DNA of 64,000 nucleotides from Phycisphaerales bacterium (GTDB taxonomy: Bacteria; Planctomycetota; Phycisphaerae; Phycisphaerales; UBA1924): positions 16,045 through 80,044 of the forward strand of contig JADYXW010000043.1 in NCBI GenBank assembly GCA_020853975.1, given 5' to 3'. The translations under genes were made by a program, and so were the position numbers. This document shows positions 34,468 through 43,605 of the stretch, piece by piece (position 1 is the first letter of the stretch; every line of letters begins with the position of its first letter). The notes beneath the pieces are model-generated. The model worked only from the letters and a program-made list of their open reading frames with translations, did no database searches and had not been told where the DNA came from.

Positions 34468-35673
34468 TCAGGGGTCCACGAGCATCACGGGTGCCCGCAG
34501 GACTACACGGTCCTGTACCGCGCCCCCCTTGCCCGGGTCCACGATCATCCTGAGCCTTGAGAGGCCCTGAGGAAGATCGAGCCGGAACGATGCCTCCGGC
34601 GCTTCACCTGTCAGCCGCTGCTCCCACAGCACGGCGCCGTCGCCCGCGAGGATCGAAAGCGTGCAGTCCCCCCAGACCCGGCAGGCCGGGGGAAGATCCG
34701 CGTCACCCGCCAGCACACGGGCGCCCTGGGGCACATCCCACTCGACAGACATGGGCCCGGGGAGCTCGATGTCGGCCGCGAAGAGGGCCGCACGGGCCGG
34801 GTCGCCTGCGACGGGCGGCGGGGTCCACCGCCGGGTGCTGCCTGGGCAGGGGCCGACATTGTTCCAGGGGACGGTCGCCAGAGCGCGAACGCGCGAGGAA
34901 TCAAAGACGATCGCGCGAACGTTCGCGAAGGGTGTGGTCTTTGGCTCGGCTCCGCCGAAGGATGGGACAAAGGCGGCCTGACCCGAGGGGTCGAGGGTGA
35001 GGGACTCGACGGCGGAGACCACGTCCGAGACGAGCCAGATCATGCATCCGGCGGGGGGTACGCCCGGGTTCGAGAAGATCACGCCCCTGGTCCGGTCGAT
35101 GGGGAGGATGGTGGCGTCCCGCTCGCCCTCGATGCGGATGACGCCTCCCACTTCCGCGACAAACCCCTCGACGCTGTCGCCGTTGGCCAGCAGCACGCGG
35201 TCCGCGGCGCCCGGGGTTCTCTCCGTGGCGGTGAGGGGCGCGAGCGAGACGGAAGCAACGCGGTCGAGCGGGAGCGTCACGGGGCCCCAGCCGGGCACCT
35301 CCCAGCGGAGGAAGTCCGGCGCAGCGGGCTGAGACGCCGGGGCACCGGGGAACAACTGACCATCGACGAGGCGCACACGAGGCTGGTGAGTTGGCGCGAC
35401 CCGGTCTTCCTGGCTTGGAGTCTCGCGGACGCCCTCCTGCCGGGTGAGGATCGCCAGCACCGAAGCCCGGGGCAGGGTGAGGCTCCGGCCCTCGGCGTCG
35501 CGGGCGCGGACTTCGGTCGCGGACAGCGAGACGACCTCGACAGGCGTGGCGCGGAAGTTGAGGTCGAGCAGCACGCGCGAGGGCGTGCCGGCCGCGGGCT
35601 GCGCATGGCACATGCCGGCGGCGAGCACGAGGGTCAGCAGACTGATCGGGGCTGAGGTCACCGCTTGCTCCAT
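34468..35673 (-). CDS. Exported protein with probable C-terminal NPCBM/NEW2-like domain
   Basis: Signal peptide; repeated 'L.DG..F.G' and 'LANGDSVEG' units; C-terminal beta-sandwich ..LRMIVDPG.GG.VQDRV. Confidence 0.65.
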   Translation of the reverse strand: MEQAVTSAPISLLTLVLAAGMCHAQPAAGTPSRVLLDLNFRATPVEVVSLSATEVRARDAEGRSLTLPRASVLAILTRQEGVRETPSQEDRVAPTHQPRVRLVDGQLFPGAPASQPAAPDFLRWEVPGWGPVTLPLDRVASVSLAPLTATERTPGAADRVLLANGDSVEGFVAEVGGVIRIEGERDATILPIDRTRGVIFSNPGVPPAGCMIWLVSDVVSAVESLTLDPSGQAAFVPSFGGAEPKTTPFANVRAIVFDSSRVRALATVPWNNVGPCPGSTRRWTPPPVAGDPARAALFAADIELPGPMSVEWDVPQGARVLAGDADLPPACRVWGDCTLSILAGDGAVLWEQRLTGEAPEASFRLDLPQGLSRLRMIVDPGKGGAVQDRVVLRAPVMLVDP

Positions 35674-35722
35674 ACGCACGAGCGTCGCCCGGGGGGCACG
35701 CATTCCCGGAGAACCAGCCACG

Positions 35723-36805
35723 CTACTTCTGGAAGATCGGCAGGTACCGCTTGGGCATTTGCAGAACAATGATGGCCATGGCGGTCCCGTAATCGTCTCC
35801 AGCGCTCGAATCGGCCCACATCCCGTCGTCGCGCTGGGCCTGCATGAGTTCTCGGCGGATGGCGGGCCACCATCGGGACCACGACCGCCCGCCCGCCAGG
35901 AAGCAGGCCTGGACGGCGTAGTAGTGGCCATAGAAGTAGTGGATGGCCTGTGTGTCGGCCCGGCCGGGCATGGCGTTGGAGAAGAGATACGCGAGGCCGG
36001 AGTCGATCGCACGGTCCGAGTAGATGCCCGCGTACTGCAGGCTGGCGATCCCGGCGGCGGACCTGGGCCAGGCGCTCGGGCCGGACATGGACTGGTAGCG
36101 GAACCCGCCGTCGGGGTTTTGGCAGGCGCGGACATACTCCACGGCCTTGTCAATGGTCGCCTTGGGGACGTCGAGACCGGCGTTGCGGGCGGAGCGAAGC
36201 CCCATGATCTGGCAGATGGTCACGCTGACGTCCGCGTCGAACGGCACGGGGTTGTAGCGCCAGCCTCCCTCGTCGTTCTGGCACTGCTCGATGAGGCGGA
36301 CGGCTCGGGAAAGGGCCGAATGGACTCGCAGGGCGCGGGCGTCGTCGCCCGGGCCCGTCATGCCGTAGACCTCACCCAGGAAGAGCGTGGCGAACCCGTG
36401 GCCATACATGGGGCTGTTGGCGCTGGGCGTGGCGATGAGCCCGTTCTCGCTGACGTTGGCGAGGATGTAGTCGAGCCCCTTGGAGACGTTGTCGGCGTAG
36501 GCCCCGCGGCCCGGGAGGTTGCCGTCGGCCATGAAGGCGATGCAGGCGAGTGCCGTGACGGCGACGGTTCTGCCGAACTGCATCTCGCCCCAGGACCCGT
36601 CGGCGTTCTGGGTCCGGGCCAGGGCGGCGAGACCCCGGGCGACGGCGCGGTCGAGCTCCGGGGACATCTCGTCCTGCAGGGGCTGGTCGGTGGCGGTCGC
36701 GTGGAGGGGCTCGGGCTGCCATGTGGCGGGCGCGAGCCTGGCGGGGTCGAGCACGCCACCCATGGAGACCGCGAGCGAGCAGGCCATGCTCGGGAAGACG
36801 CCCAT
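35723..36805 (-). CDS. Prenyltransferase/squalene-oxidase repeat (alpha/alpha barrel) protein
   Basis: QW-like repeats QNADGSW, QNDEGGWRY, QNPDGGFRY, QRDDGMW; MYGHGFATL; YFYGHYY; start overlaps upstream TGA. Confidence 0.85.
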   Translation of the reverse strand: MGVFPSMACSLAVSMGGVLDPARLAPATWQPEPLHATATDQPLQDEMSPELDRAVARGLAALARTQNADGSWGEMQFGRTVAVTALACIAFMADGNLPGRGAYADNVSKGLDYILANVSENGLIATPSANSPMYGHGFATLFLGEVYGMTGPGDDARALRVHSALSRAVRLIEQCQNDEGGWRYNPVPFDADVSVTICQIMGLRSARNAGLDVPKATIDKAVEYVRACQNPDGGFRYQSMSGPSAWPRSAAGIASLQYAGIYSDRAIDSGLAYLFSNAMPGRADTQAIHYFYGHYYAVQACFLAGGRSWSRWWPAIRRELMQAQRDDGMWADSSAGDDYGTAMAIIVLQMPKRYLPIFQK

Positions 36806-37473
36806 CAGCGGGGGCCCTCCGAGCGGTCTTCCGCGAGTCGCCGGTAGTAGCGTTCCGTGAGCTGCTGGTAGAGGGAGCTGAAGCGGTCGCTGCGGCCTTG
36901 GGTCAGCGCGTTTCGCACGTGCTCTGGCAGGTTGCCCCACGAGGCGGCGCTGCCCGCGGGCGGGGCCCGCAGCGCGCCGTCCTGCCTGGGGACGTTCGGG
37001 TCGCCCGCTTGGTTGGTCTGGGCCTGCTGCTGCGCCTGCTGACTCTGCTGCTGCATCTGCTGGGCCTGCTGCTGCTCCTGCTGCTGGCGAGAGCGGGACC
37101 GCTGCCTCTGGTTCTGTTGGTTCTGTTGTGCCGCGTCGATAAGCGCATCGAGCTTGGTCAGAATGTCCTGCTGGAGGCGCTGTGTCTCGAGCCCCGCGTC
37201 GCTCTCCTGGTTGAGCCTGGCGACGACGTCCTGCATGAGCGCGACCGCCTGCTCGAACGGCTCCCCCGGATCCTCCGCGCCCAGGGCGCGATTGAGTGCG
37301 GCGTCGTGGCTCGCCACCCCGTCGTCGCCCGGAGCCCGGGCCAACCCCAACAGCTCATCGAGCGTGGGCTCCTTCGCGGCCGGAGCCGCGGGGGGGTCCG
37401 CTGGCGCGGCCTGCTGTGCGAGGGCTGTTGAGGCGATCAGCAGTTGAAGGGCGAGCCGCACGGCGGCGTTCAC
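36805..37473 (-). CDS. Gln-rich exported helical hypothetical protein
   Basis: Signal peptide; Q-rich linker; C-terminal WGNLP...YQQLTERYYRRLAE. Confidence 0.75.
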   Translation of the reverse strand: MNAAVRLALQLLIASTALAQQAAPADPPAAPAAKEPTLDELLGLARAPGDDGVASHDAALNRALGAEDPGEPFEQAVALMQDVVARLNQESDAGLETQRLQQDILTKLDALIDAAQQNQQNQRQRSRSRQQQEQQQAQQMQQQSQQAQQQAQTNQAGDPNVPRQDGALRAPPAGSAASWGNLPEHVRNALTQGRSDRFSSLYQQLTERYYRRLAEDRSEGPR

Positions 37474-40400
37474 TGGCCACCCCCTTCTGGTGCCTGGGGC
37501 GTCGGCCCGGCGTCGGGCGCAGACTGTTCCTGCATGTGCTTCAGGAGCAGGGCGCCCTCGCCCGCGAGTTCGGACTGGAGGTCCCGCAGAGCCTTGCCCT
37601 CGTCCCCGGTGAGGGGCAGGCCGGATTCCGCGATGAGGCGGGTCAGCTCCGCGGCTTCGGCCTGCATGGAGCGAAGCAGCTTGAGCTCTGCGACGGGCGG
37701 GATGAGGGGCTGAGGCTGGCCGGGCCCGCCGCCGCCACCCCCGCCTCCACCACCCCCGCCGCCGCCACCATCGTCCTCGCGGAAGTCGCGCTTTTGCATG
37801 GAGTCGGAGAGGGCCTGGATGAGCTGCTGGAGGCCCCTGATGGCGCCGGCATGGTCCGCGGCGAGGGCGGGCGTGGTGTTGCCCGAGGTCAACCTCTGGG
37901 CGGCGCGGGCCATGGCGTCGTCGGTTCGCCGGTGTGCGAACATGAACACCCGGGCCTCTTCCATGCCCTCCGCCTTGGAGCGGAGTGCATCCATCATCGC
38001 TCGAATCTCGCCCTGACGTTCGCCCAGCTGCCTGGCGGTCACGCGCTCGCGGCGGCTGAGCTCCTTGCCCGTCAGCGGCATCGCCTCTGTGGCGAGCGCC
38101 GCCTGCTGCTCGAGGATCGCGGCGTATTCCTTCTTGAGTTCCGCCCGCTTGTGCTGAGACTCCCGCTCGTCGGCCTGTTCCTGCAGCTTCTCGGCGGCGG
38201 TGATGGCCTCGTTCAAATTCGCAAGGCTCGTGCGCTCGTCCGCGTCCGCCTTGCCCTGGTCGCCCGCGCGGAGGAAGCCGATGGCGCTGCCCTGGGCTTG
38301 ACCCGCGGCGGCGAGAAGGGCGGCGACCTCTTCGCCCCCGCGCAACTGGGCGCGAACCGTGTCCGTCACGCTCAGCGTGTTCCGCTGCAGCGTGATCATG
38401 CCCGCGTCTGCGAGGTCTCCCTTGGCGAGGGTCGCGAGCTGGGCCTGCTGGGCCGCGACCAGCCCCCGGATGGACTCCATGAGGTCCGCGAGGACGCGCC
38501 GGAGTTCCTCGTCGCGGGCGGCCTCGGTGCGTTCAAGCTCTTCGAGCATCTGCTGGAGCGTCTGCTCCGCCTGCTGCTGCTGCTGCTGGGCGGCGCCGGT
38601 CTGGTTCTCGCGGACCTGCCGGGCGGCCTCTTCCTGGCGCTCGCGAATCTGGTTCTCCCTGGCGCGCTCGGCGGCGTTGCGGAGCGCCTTGGCGGCCCCG
38701 GGGTCGGTCTGCTGCAGCCTTGCGGCCTGCTGCTCGAGGGACTCGATAGCGGCCGCGGTCTGCTGGGCGACCTCGCTCTGGCGCTGGGCGGCGCGCTCGA
38801 GGTCCTCTCGCTCGTTGCGAGAAAGCTCCTCGGTGGACTTGCCCCTGGTGGATTCGCCCAGGGCCTCTGTCTGCCGGCGGACCTGCTGCTGCTGGGTGAT
38901 GAGGCGCTCGAGGGTGCGCCGGGCCGCCCAGGTGTCGCGGCCCTGGTCGAGCATCTCCGCGATCTGCTCCAGCGAGCGCTGGGCCTCCTGCTGGGCTTCG
39001 GAGGCTTGCTCGCGGTGCTGCGGAGCCTGCGGGGCGTCGCTGCCCGCGTCCTGCAGCGACTGCTCCGCGAGGTCGGACTGGCGCCCGGCCTCGTCCAGCA
39101 GTTCCTGGGCGTCGCGGAGCGTCGCGCCGAGCGAGTCGTCCTCCAGCCGGTTGCGGGCCGCCCGCCGCTGGAGGCGTTGCAGCGTGTCGCCCATCGGCGT
39201 CATCCGGTCGCCGATCTGGCGCTGGTCTCGGGAGATCGCATCGGTCTGCGTCGCGTCCGTGGCGGCCCGGGTCCGGTCCGTCGCACGCTGCTGGTCTTCG
39301 GCCAGCCTCTTCGCGCTCTCGCGGACCGCGGAGAGCTCTGCCCGCATCTGCTCTATCAGCTCGCTCTCTGCGATGATGCGGATGCGCCGGACGCCCGAGG
39401 AGGCGGGCTCGCGATCGCCCGCGGCGGCGATGAGGTCCGCCGCGCGGGCAACCAGCCACAGTTCGTCGCCCGGGCGGGCGTCCGTGCTCTGCAGGTCGAT
39501 GCCCGCGAGTGCCCGGACCAGGGTGAGCGCCGCGCGCTCGTCGCTCTCGGGAACCGCACGCGTCAGCCGTGCGGGCTCGCCCATGGGTTCGGGAGGGGCG
39601 CCGGACGAGCCCTGGGGCGGCCTGGCGATCCGCTGCTCAAGGTCGACCCAGGCAAGGCCAATGTCGTCGCGGCCCTCGGCGATGACGCTGAACGCCGCGG
39701 TGGGCAGCACCGACTCGTCCTGCGCGGGGTCCACGATCGCGACTCCGGGGACACGGTCCTCGACGACCTCCAGGCGATACGCGGATTCCTCGCTGGGTGT
39801 GATCCCAAACTCGTCGCGCACGACCACCGGGAAGCGGGTCGAGCGGTCGGCCCTGAACGACACGACCCACGCGCGGTCGGTGAGCGCGGCGTGCAGGTCC
39901 GGCGCGGCCTCCAGGCCCTGCAGCGAGCCCTGCGCCCACGCGCGGATCGCCTCGTCGTCCGAGGGCGGGACAGGGATGGGCTTGTTGAACTCGAACCGCA
40001 GCGTGACCAGCGAGCCGGCCAGCACCGGTCCCAGCACCGCTCGCTCGTCGCGGCCCGGGCCCAGCTCACGCGCACCCCTGACAACGTCCTGGGCGCCGGC
40101 GATGGCCTGGGTCGCGTAGGCGGGGGGCTGGACGGTCGCGCGAGCCGCGACGATCGCCGGGGGCTCCACCAGCCTCACGACGGATTCGGGTGTGGCGTCG
40201 TCGTCGGTCTCGTAGCGGATGGCCACAGAGATCTGCGCCCGGGGGTCACGGGCGCCCGCGGGCACAAGCGACTCGGTGTCAAGCAGGCGCTCGTACAGCT
40301 CGCCCGGACTGTCCTGCCGCTCGGGGGTGTCCTGCTGGAAGGTGAGGAGCACGCGTCGGGCGGGCTCGGGCGCGCCATTGATCGTGACGCGGAAGACGGC

Positions 40401-41168
40401 GCTCACGTCGGTCCGTCCCGCGGGATTGTCAGACCTGGTGAGGATGGCGCGGAGCGGGAGCGCGGTTCCCCGGGCATGGGCCGCGGGGTGCGGGGCCGCC
40501 TGCACCGCGGTGCGCTTGGGCCAGGAAGCGTCGACCCAGGGAAGCAGGATGCGTGCCGTCCCGATCGTCAGGAGTTCACCCCGGACAACGCCCAGCGCCA
40601 GCACCGGAACTCCCACCGCGACCATGGCGGCAACCGTCCGGCGCAGGGGCTTGAGGTTCAGAACGCGGAGCGGCCTGCCGAACGCGGCGGCGGTCTGGAG
40701 CGCGCGGCCGACGGCCAGCGCGGCCAGCTCCGATGCTACCGGGGTCTGCTCGGGCCTCTCCCCCAGCTCGAGACCGGAGGCAAGCGTGCCGCGCAAACCC
40801 GCCTCGGCGCCGGCCTGGGTCTGCTCGAGCCTCAGAGCGAGGTCCGATGGCCGGGGACGGAATCGCAGCGCGGGCCAGACGCTCCGGGCGAGCCAAACCG
40901 TGGTGCTGATGAGCGCCACCGACCACGCGCCCAGCCGGGCCGGGGCCGGGAAGCGGAACCAGTAGTCGATCAGGCCACCGAGCACTGCTGCAGCGAGCAC
41001 GCACGAAGCAACCCACCCGGCGCGCTGAAAGACGAGCATCGCGCGAATCAGCAGCGCGAGTTGGGCCAGGGACGAGCGGACGCGGCGCAGCCCCGCCGCG
41101 GACCCCGGTTCGGAGCCCGCGGACGGAACGGGGAGATCAGGAGCCGACTGGTTGCCTTGGGCCTGCAT
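37470..41168 (-). CDS. Large membrane-anchored coiled-coil protein (DUF4175-like, 1232 aa)
   Basis: N-terminal TM helices, central beta-rich part (V.D..G, D.P...I..P, AEGRDDIGL), long Q/E/A heptads, poly-Gly; GGAGG RBS. Confidence 0.75.
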   Translation of the reverse strand: MQAQGNQSAPDLPVPSAGSEPGSAAGLRRVRSSLAQLALLIRAMLVFQRAGWVASCVLAAAVLGGLIDYWFRFPAPARLGAWSVALISTTVWLARSVWPALRFRPRPSDLALRLEQTQAGAEAGLRGTLASGLELGERPEQTPVASELAALAVGRALQTAAAFGRPLRVLNLKPLRRTVAAMVAVGVPVLALGVVRGELLTIGTARILLPWVDASWPKRTAVQAAPHPAAHARGTALPLRAILTRSDNPAGRTDVSAVFRVTINGAPEPARRVLLTFQQDTPERQDSPGELYERLLDTESLVPAGARDPRAQISVAIRYETDDDATPESVVRLVEPPAIVAARATVQPPAYATQAIAGAQDVVRGARELGPGRDERAVLGPVLAGSLVTLRFEFNKPIPVPPSDDEAIRAWAQGSLQGLEAAPDLHAALTDRAWVVSFRADRSTRFPVVVRDEFGITPSEESAYRLEVVEDRVPGVAIVDPAQDESVLPTAAFSVIAEGRDDIGLAWVDLEQRIARPPQGSSGAPPEPMGEPARLTRAVPESDERAALTLVRALAGIDLQSTDARPGDELWLVARAADLIAAAGDREPASSGVRRIRIIAESELIEQMRAELSAVRESAKRLAEDQQRATDRTRAATDATQTDAISRDQRQIGDRMTPMGDTLQRLQRRAARNRLEDDSLGATLRDAQELLDEAGRQSDLAEQSLQDAGSDAPQAPQHREQASEAQQEAQRSLEQIAEMLDQGRDTWAARRTLERLITQQQQVRRQTEALGESTRGKSTEELSRNEREDLERAAQRQSEVAQQTAAAIESLEQQAARLQQTDPGAAKALRNAAERARENQIRERQEEAARQVRENQTGAAQQQQQQAEQTLQQMLEELERTEAARDEELRRVLADLMESIRGLVAAQQAQLATLAKGDLADAGMITLQRNTLSVTDTVRAQLRGGEEVAALLAAAGQAQGSAIGFLRAGDQGKADADERTSLANLNEAITAAEKLQEQADERESQHKRAELKKEYAAILEQQAALATEAMPLTGKELSRRERVTARQLGERQGEIRAMMDALRSKAEGMEEARVFMFAHRRTDDAMARAAQRLTSGNTTPALAADHAGAIRGLQQLIQALSDSMQKRDFREDDGGGGGGGGGGGGGGGPGQPQPLIPPVAELKLLRSMQAEAAELTRLIAESGLPLTGDEGKALRDLQSELAGEGALLLKHMQEQSAPDAGPTPQAPEGGGQ

Positions 41169-41345
41169 GCTCCTCCCGGGCTCGCCGAGCCCCGGCAGTA
41201 CATCGACACAACCGGACCCTCTCGCGCGGGCACCTTGCTCGATGGCCTGGCCCGGCGTCTCCGTCCATCAAATGTACGCGAAAGCCCTGTTTGAGGTGCG
41301 ACCGGCGTGCCACAAGGGGTACCGATCAGAGCCCGGACATGCCCG

Positions 41346-42473
41346 TCAGTCGCCGAAGCAGGTGCCCACGGCCCGGGCGGCGTCGATGAGCGGCTCCGCG
41401 GGCGTCACAAGGCGCTGCTTGCCCGCAGGTTCGGTGAGGTCGATGTCGGTGAGGACGCCGTTCTGGACCGCGACCATGCGGCCGACCTTGCCCTCGCGGA
41501 GCAACTTCATGGCGTGATTGCCCAGCATGGTGGCGAGCACGCGGTCCGCGGCGACAGGCGTTCCGCCCCGCTGCACATGCCCGAGCACCACGTAACGGCT
41601 CTCGACCCCGGTGGACTCCTCGATGGTGTCCGCGAGCCACTTGCCGATGCCTCCGAGACGGATGGGGTCGGGGCTGGTTGGGTCGACCTTTGCGACGATC
41701 TGGGCCCCCCCGGCGGGCTTGGCGCCCTCGGAGACGCAGATGAGGCTGGAGCGCTTGTGGGCCTTGCTGCGGCTGAGGATGCGGGTGTAGACCTTTGTGA
41801 GGTCAAAAGGAATTTCGGGGATGAGGATCACGTCCGCGCCCGCCGCCACTCCCGCGTGCAGCGCGATCCAGCCGGCGTTGCGGCCCATGACCTCGATGAC
41901 CATGCAGCGGTGGTGGCTGTCGGCGGTGGTGCGGCAGCGGTCCATGGCCTCGGTCGCGGTGGCGACGGCGGTCTGGAACCCGAAGGTGATCTCGCTGCCA
42001 ACGATGTCGTTGTCGATAGTCTTCGGAACGCCCACGCAGGGCATGCCGAGCTTGGAGAAGGTGGCGGCGGAGGTGAGGGTGCCGTCGCCCCCTATGACGA
42101 CCAGCGCCTCAACGCCGTGCTGGCGGAGATGGGTCATGCACTTGGCGGTGACATCGGCGTAGATGGGCTTGCCGTCGCCCTTGGGGGGTGTGGGGTTGTA
42201 CCCGACGACGAACCTGGAGGGGTTGGACTTGTTGTTGGAGCCGAGGATGGTGCCGCCCTGCTGGAGGATTCCGGCGAGCTTGTCGTCGGTGATCTCGCAG
42301 AAGCGGTTTTCGATGAGGCCGAGGTAGCCGTCCTCGACGCCGACGACGGACATGCCGCACTGGAGGGCGTCCTTGGAGACGGCGCGGATGACGGCGTTGA
42401 GGCCGGGGCAGTCACCGCCGCCGGTGAGCACGCCGATGCGACGGATGACCGGGCAGGTGTCGGAGAGGGACAT
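41346..42473 (-). CDS. pfkA: 6-phosphofructokinase (PfkA family, group III-like)
   Basis: LTGGGDCPGLNAVIRA, GGTILG, IGGDGT, GVPKTIDND, EVMGRNAGWIAL, LGHVQRGG. Confidence 0.93.
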   Translation of the reverse strand: MSLSDTCPVIRRIGVLTGGGDCPGLNAVIRAVSKDALQCGMSVVGVEDGYLGLIENRFCEITDDKLAGILQQGGTILGSNNKSNPSRFVVGYNPTPPKGDGKPIYADVTAKCMTHLRQHGVEALVVIGGDGTLTSAATFSKLGMPCVGVPKTIDNDIVGSEITFGFQTAVATATEAMDRCRTTADSHHRCMVIEVMGRNAGWIALHAGVAAGADVILIPEIPFDLTKVYTRILSRSKAHKRSSLICVSEGAKPAGGAQIVAKVDPTSPDPIRLGGIGKWLADTIEESTGVESRYVVLGHVQRGGTPVAADRVLATMLGNHAMKLLREGKVGRMVAVQNGVLTDIDLTEPAGKQRLVTPAEPLIDAARAVGTCFGD

Positions 42474-42478
42474 GCCGC

Positions 42479-42562
42479 ATGGTATCGGACGTGGCGGGCG
42501 GTGCGGTGGCGGGAATCCGGGCGGATGGGAATGGACCGCGGGGTGCGCAAGTCCGATAGCAT
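42479..42562. promoter_or_regulatory. Mirror-image divergent promoters GTCCGATACCAT (minus) and GTCCGATAGCAT (plus)
   Basis: -10 boxes at 42479-42484 and 42557-42562, 5 and 6 nt before the start codons. Confidence 0.6.
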
Positions 42563-42568
42563 CTGGGA

Positions 42569-43594
42569 GTGAGCGAAGTGCCCCGCATGCCTGAGCAGGC
42601 GCCGCGTCCGCCCGAGGTGGACGCCTCGCTGTACCTGCACCCGCAGACGCTGGCGAGGCTGGGATCGCTGGAACTGCGGGCGAAGATGATCGTGGAAGGC
42701 TTCGCCTCGGGCCAGCACCGCTCGCCCTACAAGGGCTCGTCCGTGGAGTTTGCGCAGCACAGGCCCTATGTCGCGGGCGACGACCTGAGGCACCTGGACT
42801 GGAAGGTGTATGGTCGCACGGACAAGCTGCACCTCAAGCAGCACCAGCAGGAGACGCACCTGGACCTGGTGCTGCTGGCGGACGCGTCCGGGTCCATGAT
42901 GTACGGCAGCCGCTCGTTCGAGGACGCCAGCGGCGAGGGCGTGAAGGCGAGCATCGACGGGCGGGCGGCGTGGAGCAAGTTCGATCACGCGACGGCGCTG
43001 GCGGCGGCGATGGCGTACATCACGATCCAGCAGGGCGACCGGGTGGGCCTGGGCATCTTCGCGGAGCAGATCATCTCCATCATCAGGCGCAGCAGCAGTT
43101 CCGCGACGTGGAGGCAGATCGTGGGCGCGCTCGCGACGCACCCCGTGAACCCCGCGCACGCCGGGCGCAAGGCGAGCCTGGTGCGCGTCATCGACCAGAC
43201 GCTGGCGAAGGTGACCAACCGGTGCCTGGTCGTTCTGCTGAGCGACCTGTTCATGGACATCGAGGAGTTCCGCGAGGGGCTTGCGAGGCTGAAGCACGCG
43301 GGGCACGACCTGATCGTCTTTCAGGTGCTCGATCGGCGCGAGGAGACCTTCGATTTCACCGACGCGGCGCCGTTCGTGGGCTTGGAGGGCGAGGACGCCC
43401 TCCGCGTGGACCCGAGGTCGCTGCGCAAGGCGTACCTGGAGGTCATGGCGGGGCACACGTCGGAGGTGCAGAAGGCGTGCCTCGGGCTCGGCTTTGACTT
43501 TCAGCGCGTCTGCACGCACGACTGGCTGGGCCCGCCCCTGGCCGCGTATGTCGCGCGGCGCAACGCCATGATCAAGCGGGGCAAGTTCGGCTGA
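42569..43594 (+). CDS. DUF58 family (vWA-related) protein
   Basis: GQHRSPYKGSSVEFAQHRPYVAGDDLRHLDWK, ADASGSM, LLSDL, GHDLIVFQVLD. Confidence 0.88.
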   Translation: MSEVPRMPEQAPRPPEVDASLYLHPQTLARLGSLELRAKMIVEGFASGQHRSPYKGSSVEFAQHRPYVAGDDLRHLDWKVYGRTDKLHLKQHQQETHLDLVLLADASGSMMYGSRSFEDASGEGVKASIDGRAAWSKFDHATALAAAMAYITIQQGDRVGLGIFAEQIISIIRRSSSSATWRQIVGALATHPVNPAHAGRKASLVRVIDQTLAKVTNRCLVVLLSDLFMDIEEFREGLARLKHAGHDLIVFQVLDRREETFDFTDAAPFVGLEGEDALRVDPRSLRKAYLEVMAGHTSEVQKACLGLGFDFQRVCTHDWLGPPLAAYVARRNAMIKRGKFG

Positions 43595-43605
43595 ACGGTG
43601 ACGCT

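Noticed and set aside
37020-37775. CTG-rich (poly-Gln) and poly-Gly tracts as phase-variable microsatellites
   Set aside because: Mixed synonymous codons and in-frame triplets indicate low-complexity protein linkers.
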